The position numbers and the translations under genes are program-made. The notes below the pieces were generated by a model. It did not search any database. It worked only from the letters and a program-made list of their open reading frames with translations, and was not told the origin of the DNA. Shown here one piece after another: positions 1 through 11,662 of a stretch of DNA of 64,000 nucleotides; positions within the stretch are counted from its first letter, which is position 1, and each line of letters opens with the position of its first letter. Location: NCBI GenBank assembly GCA_905178155.1, contig CAJINV010000002.1, positions 2,043,216 through 2,107,215 of the forward strand, written 5' to 3'. The stretch is from Amoebophrya sp. A120. Its lineage: Eukaryota; Protista; Dinoflagellata.

Positions 1-574
1 GCTCTATGTTCGCGCGCTCTTGCGCGCGCGCGAAAATGCGCACGAAAATGCGCTGAAAATTATGCACAAAAAGCGACCCCATTTGTGGCCAGCCATAAAC
101 TTCTTAGACTGCGTGGCATGGTCTATGTTCTCTGCGCGCTCCTGCGCGCGCGCGTTTTTTATCTATGTTTGCGCGCTCTTTTTCGCGCTTGTTTTTTTTG
201 CTGGAGCGCCGCGCCCTCCCGAAAGGCTCGGGCGTTGCGCTCTCGTTGTGCTCAAACACGGAGGCCAAGCACCGGAGCAAGAGACGCAGTGCGTTGCTGG
301 TGGCGGACGTGTTCCAGCCGGGAATATCTTCGCCTACTAGCGAGCGCCACTTCCTGCGCGCAGCTTGAAGCGCGCGACCTTTTGGGCCCGCGTGCCTTTC
401 TGCCAGCTTGAGTGCTGATAGTTCTCGAAACGGATTTGAGCACGGGCACCGCAGGCGGGCGCGTTTGCGTTGCAGTCTAAACGAGAGAGGAACCGCGCTC
501 ACGCAGATTCGAAGCGGCATCTCATACAGCCTGCCTCCGCAGGCACTCCGCACGAGCGCGCTCCGCGCTCCTGT

Positions 575-3500
575 CTATTTTTTTCGCGACGAGCAATCCA
601 GAAGATGCGCGCTTCTGATTCTTGCATAACATAGACCCAGTTGGAGTCTTTTTTTCCGCGCCTCGAGCAGAGCATGCGAATTTTTTAAGTATGGTCTTGA
701 GTATGTATTTCGTGTAGCCTTAATCTCTTCATCAGTACTACTGTCCTGCTCATCCTCATCCCCACCAATTCCATCCGGCAACACCGCCCCAGCCGCGGTG
801 AAATACGCCAAATCCTCTTCATCGCTCGAGCACTCGGAAATTTCCTCGTCAATCAACATCCGGTGCGCCTTCGACCCTATTGGCGGTAAATTCGATAAGA
901 ACCCGTCATCGGAAAAGGTCGGTTGTTTGTGAAACGCTTGGCCATAGCCGGTACGTAATTTCTTCCTATTCGCGTCAGCTGTTGTTGGCCGGGATGAATC
1001 TCTTCTACCAGACACCGGGCTCAACCCGGTCGACGCCGCGATGGACTCAGTCGCGGAAGCGACCATGGTTACAGGAGCGGTTATTGCGGAAAACATGGAG
1101 CCGAACAAACCGCCAGAATTTGTTTCTTCCTTCTTCTTCGAATTCGAGGTTGGGGACAGAGGGGACGATGTGTCTGCGGTTTGTCTATTCGGGGTTCTTG
1201 GTCTTTGCGCGGTTTGCGATCGTTTTCCAGCGGAGGAGGAAAACTCCCCCGCGACTTGCTCCTTCCCCATCTCCGTTTCGCAGGAAAAGACCATGCAGCG
1301 GAAGACGGATTTCTGCACCTTGTACAGCACCGCAGCCGTTTTGCCGTAGATCGCGAAATCGAGGATGGGGGAAGATTTGGTACTCGTTATTCCACCACTG
1401 GTCTCAGCCACGTGTTTTATCTTCTTCCCATACCCGGGGAACTTGTGCAAAAGTGGTACTTTCACCCCGTACAAATGTTCCTCCGCAAAATCGCCGATCT
1501 GGTCCAGTGTTTGCTGCTGCATCGCGGCAAAAGAGCCGGAAAAACCGAGGTTGTTTTGATCGTTTGTCCCACCTTCCAGTTCCTGCTCCGCATCAGAACT
1601 TTGACTTCCTGCGAAAGTTACGTGCTTTTTCCCATGGACTTGATCGTCCTGGCCTGTGTTCCGTGTACCAACCACCGGGATTTTTCTCTTCCCCCCCGTC
1701 TTCGAATTCACCCGGTAGTATCCACAGAAAAAAACCCATCCCCATCCAATTTGTCATGCAAAACAAAGACAAACATCAGAAACAGTGTTAGTTTGTCATG
1801 CCAAAATTGGATGGTTATGGTTTTTTTTTGTGGATAGGTAGACGGAATTCTCAATCCCAGGGAAATAGATGTTGTTTTCGTTCTCCACCGAATTCGGCGC
1901 CGTGTCCGGATCCACGTAGAACGGATAGAGGAAGTGTTCGTTTAAATCCAGAAAAGCTGGCGCATTTAACGAGAGCTGGTTGTTCTGATTGTTCTTGCTA
2001 TGTCCTTTCGCTTGCCCGGTAAGCAACTCCTCCTCATCCCCGGATTCTGACACCATATCCTGTGCAAAAGTATCCGTAGTAATCGCATTCATGCATTACA
2101 AATCTCATTCTCAACGTAAATCCGCATTACAAATTTTATTTTTCATGCTGAGGAAATTTGTAATGCATTTATACTAGTACAATGCTTTTGCAATGCATAA
2201 ACCACCGTTTTCGGCAGGTTCAAAACGTAGTCGTCCAGGGACAATCGCCAGGCCGAGAGTGGTCGGAAAGAGCCGAAGCCAGTTCGGTGTTTGTCCGTGT
2301 AGCGCCAGACGCAAATGAGGTTTTTTTCGTCCAGAGACCAGAGCAGCGCGTCGGTTTGGGTGCACTGGAGAAACCGGATCTCGGAGTCGTGCCGCTCGAA
2401 GTACTCCTTTGGAACCGGGTGCCAGGTGTTCTGTTTTGTTAGAGAAGATCAAGATTTGTAATGGCTATAACGCAGCAACAAATTTGACGGCAAAAAAATG
2501 TTCTTGTAGAAACAGCATGACAAAAAAAGAGCCCTCGCTATTTGTAATACGTGTTCCTCCTCATATTTCTCCACTTTCCTTTTATCGTCCTTCGGCCTCA
2601 CAACTTCCCAATACGCCGGCATTTTCGCAATCCCCGGCGTGCCAAAGTCCGTCGCTTCCGGTAACACCCGCGCGTACTTCCCGAAATTCAATTTCACCAC
2701 GGATCCGTCCTGCAACCCGCAGAACATCGACTCGTTCGTCGCCAACAAAGATAACTCCGAAAACAACGCGATTTTCGAACAATTCAACTTCCCCAGATCG
2801 TAATCCTCCTGCCCGTTTCTTCTAAAATGTTTCGTCTCGATCTGCATCGCGTTATGTAATGCTAAAGCGTTGTTGTTTTTATTCAAATCAGCGGTGGTAC
2901 GGTAATCGCTACTTTGGTCCATGAGCTGCGCGTGGAGAACGGATGTAGAGAGAAAGGTGACTTTGTTGTTCTTCGAATTTTTGTTCTTTTCCTTCTCCAC
3001 CGCTAGTATCATTGTTCCATCCGCCGAAATCGTCGGCTCGGTGAACTTGTTCTCCGAAACCGTTTCTCTAACAACAATCGGTTTCTCTACGAAAAACTCC
3101 TCCCAATCCACGTCCTTATTCGTCTTGTAAGCCTGTTTCTGCTTCTGCTTCTGTTTCGACGCAGCTAAACTTGTAGTTCCAGCACTCGTGGTGATTGGTT
3201 GGTGTTCTTTTTCCTCTTTCTCTGGTTTGGAACCAACGCCCGGATACGCGATGAGGTTGTTGTTCGGAAGTTTTTTCCTCGGTAACCTCACGACGTAGAG
3301 AAAGTTGTCACCTAGGTAACCCCGTTCTGTGCAGATCGTGAAGACCAGGCCCAAAGCCCGCGTGTAGCGGACGTTGCAATGAGCGAAAAAGCCCGAAATC
3401 CTCGCCTTCGGCACCACTGTGTTACCCGCGTTGTTCGGATTGTGACTGTAGGTGTAAGTCGTCCTGACATTCCGTATCAAATGTAAAAATGTCTGGCTCT

Positions 3501-6500
3501 GGAAGATTGCAAACTTGTGATGCGCATTTCAGAACACAGAAAAATCTCTCATGCATAGGCAGCAAAAGCTGCCCACTTTCTGTCACCAAAATGGGGGATT
3601 TGTCATGCGGATTCGGCATTGCGGAAGCTTCTCGAAACCTGTGATGCTAGAGCTTCCATTCCAGACCTTCTGTGTCATGCAAAAACAGCTTCCATTCCAG
3701 ACCTTCTGTGTCATGTTGGAAGGCTAAGGGCTGGGCGTCCCCTCGTAAATTAATTCGACAAACAGTAGCCTCATACCCGGTAAACTCTAGAAGAAATTAT
3801 TGGACAACGCGATTTCTATCGAAAGACAAGCACAACAGCATCTGGGACGGCCGCGACGACAGCTGTGTGGGTATCTGGATAGAAATAGCCCTGTGCAAAA
3901 ACTTTTCCTAGCACCGAGGGATTAAAAGAAAAGTAAAAAACGATGAAAAACAACAACTAAGACACAGTCCCACCTACGTCGAAAAAATCACCCTAAAAGG
4001 TGGTAGCACCAGTAGTATCAGTGTCATGCAAAACCCAGACATTTTTACGTTTGATATTCCGGTCAAGAGTGCAAAACTCGCTGATCAAGTCACTGCTGTC
4101 CGGCGTGCTTATCCAGTGCAAAAGCATCGCACTCCCTCGTGGCAATTGCAGTTATGCATTACAAACTCCGAAGGTCAATCTCAATGATGTCAATCAGCAT
4201 TACAAATTGCACCATTTCTCGCGCTGAGGATATTTGTAATCCAATTCATACTTCTAGTAAGTACGATGCTTTTGCAATGCATAATGCCCATGATATTCCG
4301 ATTCCTCGCGGTGCGCTTTATCGCGGCGGACCGTTGGAAATGTTTCCGTTCCTCCACCCAGGAAGGGTGGGAACGCGGGTCGAAGGTGAAGGGTCTTGGC
4401 AATGGTGCGTCGCCGGAAGTAGCGTACGAATTGCTGTTTTTGTTCTTCTCTGGTGATCCCATCTTCAACTCCTGGTCTTCCGAAATCCTCGCAAGCCCGT
4501 TGCTATCGTCGATACCATCACCAGCAACTCGCGCCGCTTTCCGCATCGTTGGTGATGATCCGCCGCCCCCACCGCCACCACCTCTCGTCGCGAACTGCGC
4601 TTGCTGCACGGCGAACGCCTGGGTTGAGCCTAAGTGTGAGCTCGGGGAAAAATTGCTCGTCGTCCCTGACACGGGGCTGGAACCCAACGACGGCACCTCC
4701 GGCGCAGCAACGTTTCTCACCTCCTTACTCGCAAACCGCATGTTTTTCTCATTGTTCGCATTGGCGGCGGCAATTGGTGAATTTTCTTCTCGCCTTCTTT
4801 TACTACTCGGCACGTTTTTCGCATTCAAAACCCGGTAGAAAGGCGCGTCACACACACGCAAAGCCGCTGCGTCGATCTCCTCTGGTAATTCGTCTTGATC
4901 CTCCTCCTCCGAACCTTTTTTCTGCTCCGTGTTCGGGTCGTCATCTTGGGGAGAGCCGCTTTGGTTTTGCGATGCTGATGAGCCATGATCTACCCCACCG
5001 GAAGACGAACCTATCAGCCCCGCACTCTGCATGGTCAAATGCTTCAGTTTCTCCTCTTTTTTGAAAGACAAGGGATTGTAGGTCTGAAACCTCCGCTTCC
5101 GTTCGTCTCTCCCCATCTGCTTCAGGACAGAGACACACTGCTCGTATTTCGACTCACACTGGTCGAACGAGTTGTTTTGGTTGAAGTTCTGCTCTAATTC
5201 CGCCGGCGACCGCTGGGTCCAGGTGAGAGCAGCAGCGTTGTCATCTTTGTTTGATGTGGTCCCTCCGCCAACATTTTTCAACGCCGCAGTGATCACCGCA
5301 TATTCCATAAAGGCAGAGCAGACTTCATCGGAGAATAAAGCCATTTCCTGGGACAATTTCCAAATCTCGCTCGCCACAACATCCCTCACTAGCGAATTGA
5401 TGATTTTCCCACCCTGCTCTTCCAACTCCGAGTCCGTCAGTAATTCCTTCTGCTGTTCACCCGCTTGATTTTTCGCGGCATTCGAGAGGTTTTCCTTCTC
5501 CTGTTCGAGTTTTTTCAGGTAGAGTTTCCGTTTATCCTCGATTTCCTGCTGCGTTAGAGTTTTCTTCGCGGACTCTTTCATCGCGTTGTTGATGATGAAC
5601 CGGTTGAGGATGATTTCCTGCACATAGTTGATCACGCCGTTTTGTTCCTTTCGGGAGGCTTTCTCCGACCGGAGTTTCAATGGCTGTACTACCGCCGGTT
5701 CAGGCGAAGCCGCAGCCTGCATCTTCTCACTTTTCGTCGGGATATCGTCGTCGTCTTTCAGTGTCGCAGAGAGGTTATCATCTTCAGGACTGGCAGCACG
5801 AGAAGTCTTCCCGGAACTTGTTGTCGCACTTGCCCGTCTGGAGGTTGGACTTGCCCCCGAACCCCCGACTTCCTCAGCTGGCCGGCTCTCCTCCAAGATT
5901 GGCGAAGTAGTCGCGGATTGCTCGTTTTCTAGAACCACTTTTCCGTACACATCGTTCCAAACATCTTCTATCGCCGCGGCGGCCTGCTCTTTGGAAGATG
6001 GCAACTTGTTCGCAGAAGAGGAAGATGACGACGAGCCACCAGCACTGTTCGTCTCCGCAAATAAATCCCTCTCCATAATTCTCCTCCCCGGCACTCGCAC
6101 AACTCCCTGCATCCTCGCTTCCGACCAATCTTTCCAGTCCTTCGCCATCGGTCTCGCTGCGGCCATGATTTGCCTTTTCGTCTCGAGAAAAAATTGTTCT
6201 AAATCCTCCCGGGTTTTCGGCTATCCTGTGCAAAAGTATCGTACTGATAGTGTGTAATTGCAAACATGCAATCCAAATTTTTTTTTCAAACGAAATCAGC
6301 ATGAGAAATTCCATTTGCCAAGCTGGGCGAATTTGTGTTGCAATACTACGAGTACGATACTTTTGCAATGCATATCGGCTCCTGCTGCTGATTACCGCTC
6401 TCCATAAACAGCTTCACTTCGTCCAAATCCGCTTTCGGGATTTGCAGAATTTCCGCTTCCTCGTCAGAGTCGGGGAAGCGGGATTTGGGTACTTTATTCG

Positions 6501-8137
6501 AAGGTTGTTTCGATGAAGATGAGGAAGAACTCGTGGTTTTCACCTGTGACAACTTCGATTTCTGCTTCTGCTTCGCCAAAACGACGTCCGGCGCAGTGCC
6601 GGCTTGAGGTGCTTTGGAAGAAGAGGTTGCAGCAGCAGTTTCCGCTTTGGCCTTACTCGGCGAAGTACTAGAGGAAGCCATCGTCCCACTCGGCAGCTTC
6701 GCTGCCGTCGGTGTTGCTGTAGCCGGTGGTGGGGAGAGTTTACTCCCTGCTTTACTCTTCGACACGGTTGGAGGGGTTATGGATGATGCAGGCTGCTTTG
6801 CTTTCCCAGGACTGGTAGACGAAGTTGCGGCATCGCTCGCTTTTGCTTTCCCAGCAGGGGAAGACGCAGTGGGAGTGGTTGAGCCGGCTTTCGCAGCTGC
6901 GGCCCCCGTTTTCGCCTTTGCTTTCGGCGTCGTGGTAGACGAAGACGAAACAGCTTTTGCAGTGGAAGATGAAGTTGCTGCTTTATTGGCACCACCAGTC
7001 TTCGGTGCAGAAGTACTACTAGCAGCTGCAGCGCCTCCCACTGCTGCTGCATTTGGCGGCACGTAGTCCGGAACTTCTCCGGGAAATATTTTGCTTTCCG
7101 CCCAGCTTGCGATGCTGTTGTTCGAAGAAGATTATGGATTGCAAATATGTCTGGGTCTGGAAAAATGCCGGGTGTGTCATGCTCTGCTAGCATGACTGTC
7201 AAGTCTGTCATGCAAGGTACCAAAAAGCGCCACTTTTGTGTCATGCAAAAACCCAGTTTCTCATGCAGAATAGGCAACACGTAGCGACTCAAAAACCTGT
7301 CATGCTGAGCCGGCATCTCTGGCGTTCTCTTGTTTCGCAAACCAGCATCACAAGTTCCCAGACCCAGACATTTTTACATTTGATAAAGATGAAGCACCAG
7401 TCGTGCCCGTACTTGTTATCCCCTTGTAGCTTTGTTTTCTCTTGTCCAAACTGATCTTCCTGATGTAGTTCCGGGATTTTTCGTCCTCATTCTGCGTTTC
7501 GTCTTCATCAAGGACTTGTAATCGTTCCTCATGCTCGTCGTCCAGAAACTTCTGGACATTCTCCACCAGCTCGTGGACTTGCTTCTCGGTGGCTGTGGTC
7601 GTGTTTTGGGTTAGAAGGTGGTGCTTAGCTGCAGTCGATGTGCTGGGACTGGCAATACACAAGCACATGGTGCTGCTCTTTCTGCATCACAGAAACGTTT
7701 TCTCATGCTGCACACTGCATCATGTTCATGACAAAGACAAACTCACACAAATAATTTGTAGTTGTACCTTCATCCACACCTTCGCTCCCCGCCGCCTCGT
7801 GTCCGCCAGCAAGTCCGTCTTGCTCCAAGATCTCCTCGCAGGCCCTTCGGAGGTTGCCCTGGTTACTAGCCGCTGCGTCATTCTTCCCACTGGTAATTGC
7901 GTCCAAACTCCCCGCCGCACCTCCTTGTCCTTCGCCCCCATACACGATGGCCTCCGCCTGCCTTCGTAGCTTCTCGTACTGTTCCCGTTTCTCGGAGCGC
8001 AGCTTTCTGGATTCGTTTAGGTTTTGCAGCGAAATTTCCTCCAGTTCGAGGACCTGCTCTAGCTCCTGCAGGCTCTTTTCGACCTTGTTTTTAGCCGAAT
8101 TGAGCAAGGAAGAACTGGAGGAGGAGGAGGAGGACAT
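575..8137 (-). CDS. Large multi-exon hypothetical protein (~1950 aa): coiled-coil and low-complexity N-half, WD40-like repeats in the C-half
   Basis: ORFs 7703-8251, 7348-7668, 6346-7062, 4190-6166, 2449-3480, 1796-2092 and 575-1711 join in frame after removing 6 introners plus GT-AG introns 7629-7767 and 2431-2550. A hidden exon reads FERHDSEIRFLQCTQTDALLWSLDEKNLICVWRY (WD40-like). The 3' end is uncertain and may splice at ~629. Confidence 0.75.
1719..1836. mobile_element. Introner family C
   Basis: TIR tatccacagaaaaaaaccc / ggtttttttttgtggata. DR ggtag/ggtag. Removing 123 nt gives NSVYRVNSKTGG. Confidence 0.92.
2056..2199. mobile_element. Introner family B
   Basis: tatcctgtgcaaaagtat...atgcttttgcaatgcata. 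DR cacca/aacca. Removal gives PKTVVSESGDEEE. Confidence 0.9.
2431..2550 (-). other. Canonical GT-AG intron flanked by gtgtt repeats, carrying the introner core motif
   Basis: GTATTA...AAACAG on the minus strand, 120 nt. Joins EEH|NTWHPVPKEY in frame. Confidence 0.75.
3475..4056. mobile_element. Introner family A with nested insertion
   Basis: tatcaaatgtaaaaatgtctgg...ccagacatttttacgtttgata. DR ttccg/ttccg. Removal gives CTLDRNVRTTY. Confidence 0.92.
3714..4020. mobile_element. Putative solo LTR nested in the introner
   Basis: Ends TGTTGG...TATCA (TG...CA), flanked by gtgtca at 3708-3713 and 4021-4026. Absent from sister copy 28232-28484. Confidence 0.6.
4110..4283. mobile_element. Introner family B
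   Basis: tatccagtgcaaaagcatcg...cgatgcttttgcaatgcata. DR gtgct/atgcc. Removal gives NIMGTPDSSD. Confidence 0.88.
6222..6374. mobile_element. Introner family B
   Basis: DR tcggc/tcggc. Removal gives QQEPKTREDLEQFF. Confidence 0.92.
7133..7385. mobile_element. Introner family A
   Basis: DR aagat/aagat. Removal gives GASSSSNNSIASW. Confidence 0.92.
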
Positions 8138-10302
8138 GATGATGGCCTTCGTGTTGAAAATCGATTTTCTTTTCTTGGAACGAGGACACACTAGATCTTT
8201 GCTCAAGAAAAGTCTGACGTTTTGCCTTTGCGGTTTGAAACCTTTTCTCAAAAATCCATCGTCATGTCTCTCTTTCTCTCAATGGTGACTGAGCAGAAGA
8301 CGACCACATCGATTTTGCCGCGACGTCACGTGTCATCTACTCTCCATCTCCTTCTTTACATTTGCTCATCACGTTCAAGCAAGCTACAGTTCGTGTTGTT
8401 CGTACAGAATATGAATAAGCCCTCGCCTGCTGTTCCCTGTAGTATCTCCTCTACGTCGGTCTCACTCTCACGACTCATCCCTAGCACATAAAAAACGCAC
8501 GCAAGCCCGAATGCCAACGCGCAGAACAAGAAAGGTGACCGTGCTGCATCACCTAGCTCGCTGTGGTGCAGCAGACGCAAGAGCTCCTCGGGGGCTGAAG
8601 GCCTACAATTCCGATGACATCTAGAAGCAGCTCGGACGCCAGTTATAACGTGCTCCACGCTTCAAGGGCGAGCGACCCACAACCCAATTGACCCCCCGCC
8701 CCCCACATACAGAAGGAGAACGAATTGAAAGGCAGCCAAGCAACGCGCCGGCCAAGGGCCGGAAAACAACAGCGCGCGGGCGCCCACCCCCGAAAGCGCG
8801 CCAAACGACGGGCCGGGGGCCGAGGAGGCGGCGAAGGGGCGCATGGGGGTTCGCCGACAACACTCAGCAAACAGCACAAGGCTGGGCCCTTCCTGCTGGG
8901 GCACCAAGAACAATGAATGGCGCGAAAGGGCGGCGCCGAGCGAGGGCCCGGCGGGGGGGTCAGCCCGGGCGGGCGGCGAACGAAACAAATGATCGCCGGC
9001 ACCGCGCGCGCCCGGCCGGGATGACAGGGCCGGCCGGCGCGCGAAATAGCGCGGGCCGACTGCCTCTGGAGTCACTCCGCCAAACCACAGAACCAGAAAA
9101 GTTAGGAAACGGGGCCACATACCCGGCAAGGCGAGCGAGTGAGACTCACCACCGCGGTAATCCATTACCATTAGACCACACCGGACCCGGACAGGGCTGC
9201 GCAGCTTTTCTTCTGTTTGTGTTTTGTAACTAAATGGGAAGGGCGCGGCGACTCGGCCGCCACGCCACTCCCTTCCGCCTGCGGGTAGTGCGCGGGAGCT
9301 GGCGCAAGCCAGCGCAGGGCGTAGCCATGAATGGTCGCTGCCTCCGTCCCAAGCGCGTGGACCCGCGGCCCGGCCTCATGGGCAACATAGATACCCAAAG
9401 GCCTGCGGCCTTCTTGTTCTTTCCGTGTCCAGGTCCCAGGGCCGATTTCCGCCGCCGGGGCTGTGTTCCACATCGCCGCGGGCACACACACCGCCCGGGC
9501 CCCGCCGGGTCGGTGCGCCGGCGCAAAGCGGGCGCCGATGGGTCGAAGGATCCCGGACAACTGTGCCACCAGACCCGGGCCAACAACTGTCAAAGACAAA
9601 GAGAACAATAGGAAATTTGAACTAGTAGTTGCGACAACACTACCAACAACAACGGTTATCTTCGCTCACAGCTACATTTCTACCGTTCTCTCCATTTCGC
9701 TTCTGGCAAAACCCTTACCCGCTACCCAGCACATGTCCTGCCGCTATGGCAGCAAAGCACCGCTCGCTTCTCTTCAACTTCCACATCGCATCTTCTCATC
9801 CACACAACATGATCAAGATGAACAAGAACTCAAGAAATGGAGTTGTGCCTCTTGTATGTAGCCAGTGCAGCTATACTACTACAACCGGCGGGCACGTCTC
9901 ATCTAGCAGGCGACGGACTACAGAAGTCATTCTTACGTAGACAGGCGGCACGGCCGGCCACGGGCCGGTACGCGCGCTGGACGGTCGGTGCCAACTACAA
10001 ATACGGCCCCACCCTTAGGCCGCGCGAGCGCCCGGTCCCGGTGTATACACCAAAGCATAAGCGCAAGGGCTGGGCCGGCCGCCGGGTCGGTGCAATTTGC
10101 GCCGGCGCGCCACCGCACAAATAGGGTTCTAACACTAAAAAGACACCCAAGGTCGGCGGCGCACGGATGCGATGGCACCGGCCCGCGGCCCGGTCGGTAG
10201 GTCGCTCGCGCACGGGCAGGCGCCGCCCGCCGCCCCGGCCGGGAAGGCAGGCAAGCAGGCCACAACACCGCACAGGGCCGACCCATCGGGGCGCCGCTCT
10301 CG

Positions 10303-11662
10303 GTCAGTTGGAGGGTTTGGGGCGACTTCGCCCGCTATTTTTTGGCTAATTTTTTCGGGATTTTTTAAAAGTCCGGGCAAGCAGAAGCGGCCCCGACGGC
10401 GCTGCCGCCGGAAGAAAAGAGAAAGCCAGCGCGGCGCGGGTAGAAGAAAGCAAAAACCCCAAGGAGCTTCCTGCGATTGTTGCGTGGCGGCCCGAATGGA
10501 CCGCGCGCGGAACCATGCGAAACCCCATGCCCAATGAGAAATATACCCGGAAAGGAAATACCGGAAGACGGAAACCCTCGGGCCCAAGATAGAAAACCCA
10601 AACGGAAGCCGGGGCCGGCGAAAGTCTGCGCGGGTCCTGGATATCTATGGGCTGGCCCACATCCCATCCGCAGCGGGTTTCTGCATTTCCCTGCTACACT
10701 TCCGCGACCGGCTAAACCATGCGGCTAAATCCCGGCTAAATCGGTCGGCTAAATCGGTCGGCTAAATCGGCCGGCTAAATCGGCCGGCTAAATCGGCCGG
10801 CTAAATCGGTCGGCTAAATCGGCCGGCTAAATCGGCCGGCTAAATCGGCCGGCTAAATCGGTCGGCTAAATCTATGCGGCTAAATCGGTCGGCTAAATCG
10901 GTCGGCTAAATCTTGGCTAAATTTTCCGGGATTCACTTCGGAAATCCCGGCGATGCCGAATTTAGCCGGCGGCAAAATGCGGAACCACAGGGATTTCGGG
11001 AAGGAAAAAAAAGTCAGCCGATTTAGCCAAAAATTTAGCCGGGGAAAGGACACTGATTTCCGCAAATTTGAAAGGACCCGGGCGTCTTGGTTTCTGAAAT
11101 TCCACAGCCGAACACAAAGGAAAAAAAAAGGGGCGGCGGCCGTCTTCGCCTGAAGAAGGGAAATAACACGCCACACGGCGCGACACAGAGCACCACCACA
11201 GAAACCGCCCGCCGCGGCTTTTCGAGGTGACAACACAAACAAACCCAAACACGCCCGACCAGAGGTTGCGCGCAGCACCTGCAAACACGTGCCCGAGATG
11301 CCGGATGCTTTGCGCGACGCAAAATACCCGGCGCACCACCAAACGGAAACGCGCCAAAATTGTAAGGCTCCACACCCCAAGAGAAACCGGGGCGAACGTC
11401 TAAACTGCAAAACATAGCCCGCTAGCAAATACAAAACACCCGGCGGCAACAGACAACACAGCGAACCCATCGCCCCTATGGCCCGCCGAAAGAAACAAAA
11501 CCAGGCGAGGCGGGCCAGACAAAGGAAGCGGCGCACCACTTGCGAGGGCGGGGCTCAGCCGGCCAGGCTAACGCAACGCCTCGGCCGACACGCTTCGAAA
11601 AAATCCCGAAAAATTTAGCCACTTTTTAGCAAAGGAAATGGCCCCGCTGCCCTCTAGCTGAT
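10303..11662. mobile_element. Non-autonomous TIR element (GTCAG end, 4-bp TSD) in a GC-rich island
   Basis: Ends gtcagttggaggg / ccctctagctgat. Inner inverted repeat 10343-10366 vs 11598-11621. ctcg on both flanks. No credible ORF. Confidence 0.7.
10708..10921. repeat. 13-bp tandem array GGCTAAATCGG(T/C)C, about 16 units
   Basis: Read directly. Inverted TTTAGCC copies follow at ~10961, 11022 and 11034. Confidence 0.95.

Noticed and set aside
10708-10921. 13-bp array as CRISPR or telomeric repeat
   Set aside because: No unique spacers or cas genes. It is internal to a TIR element and is not a TTTAGGG-type repeat.
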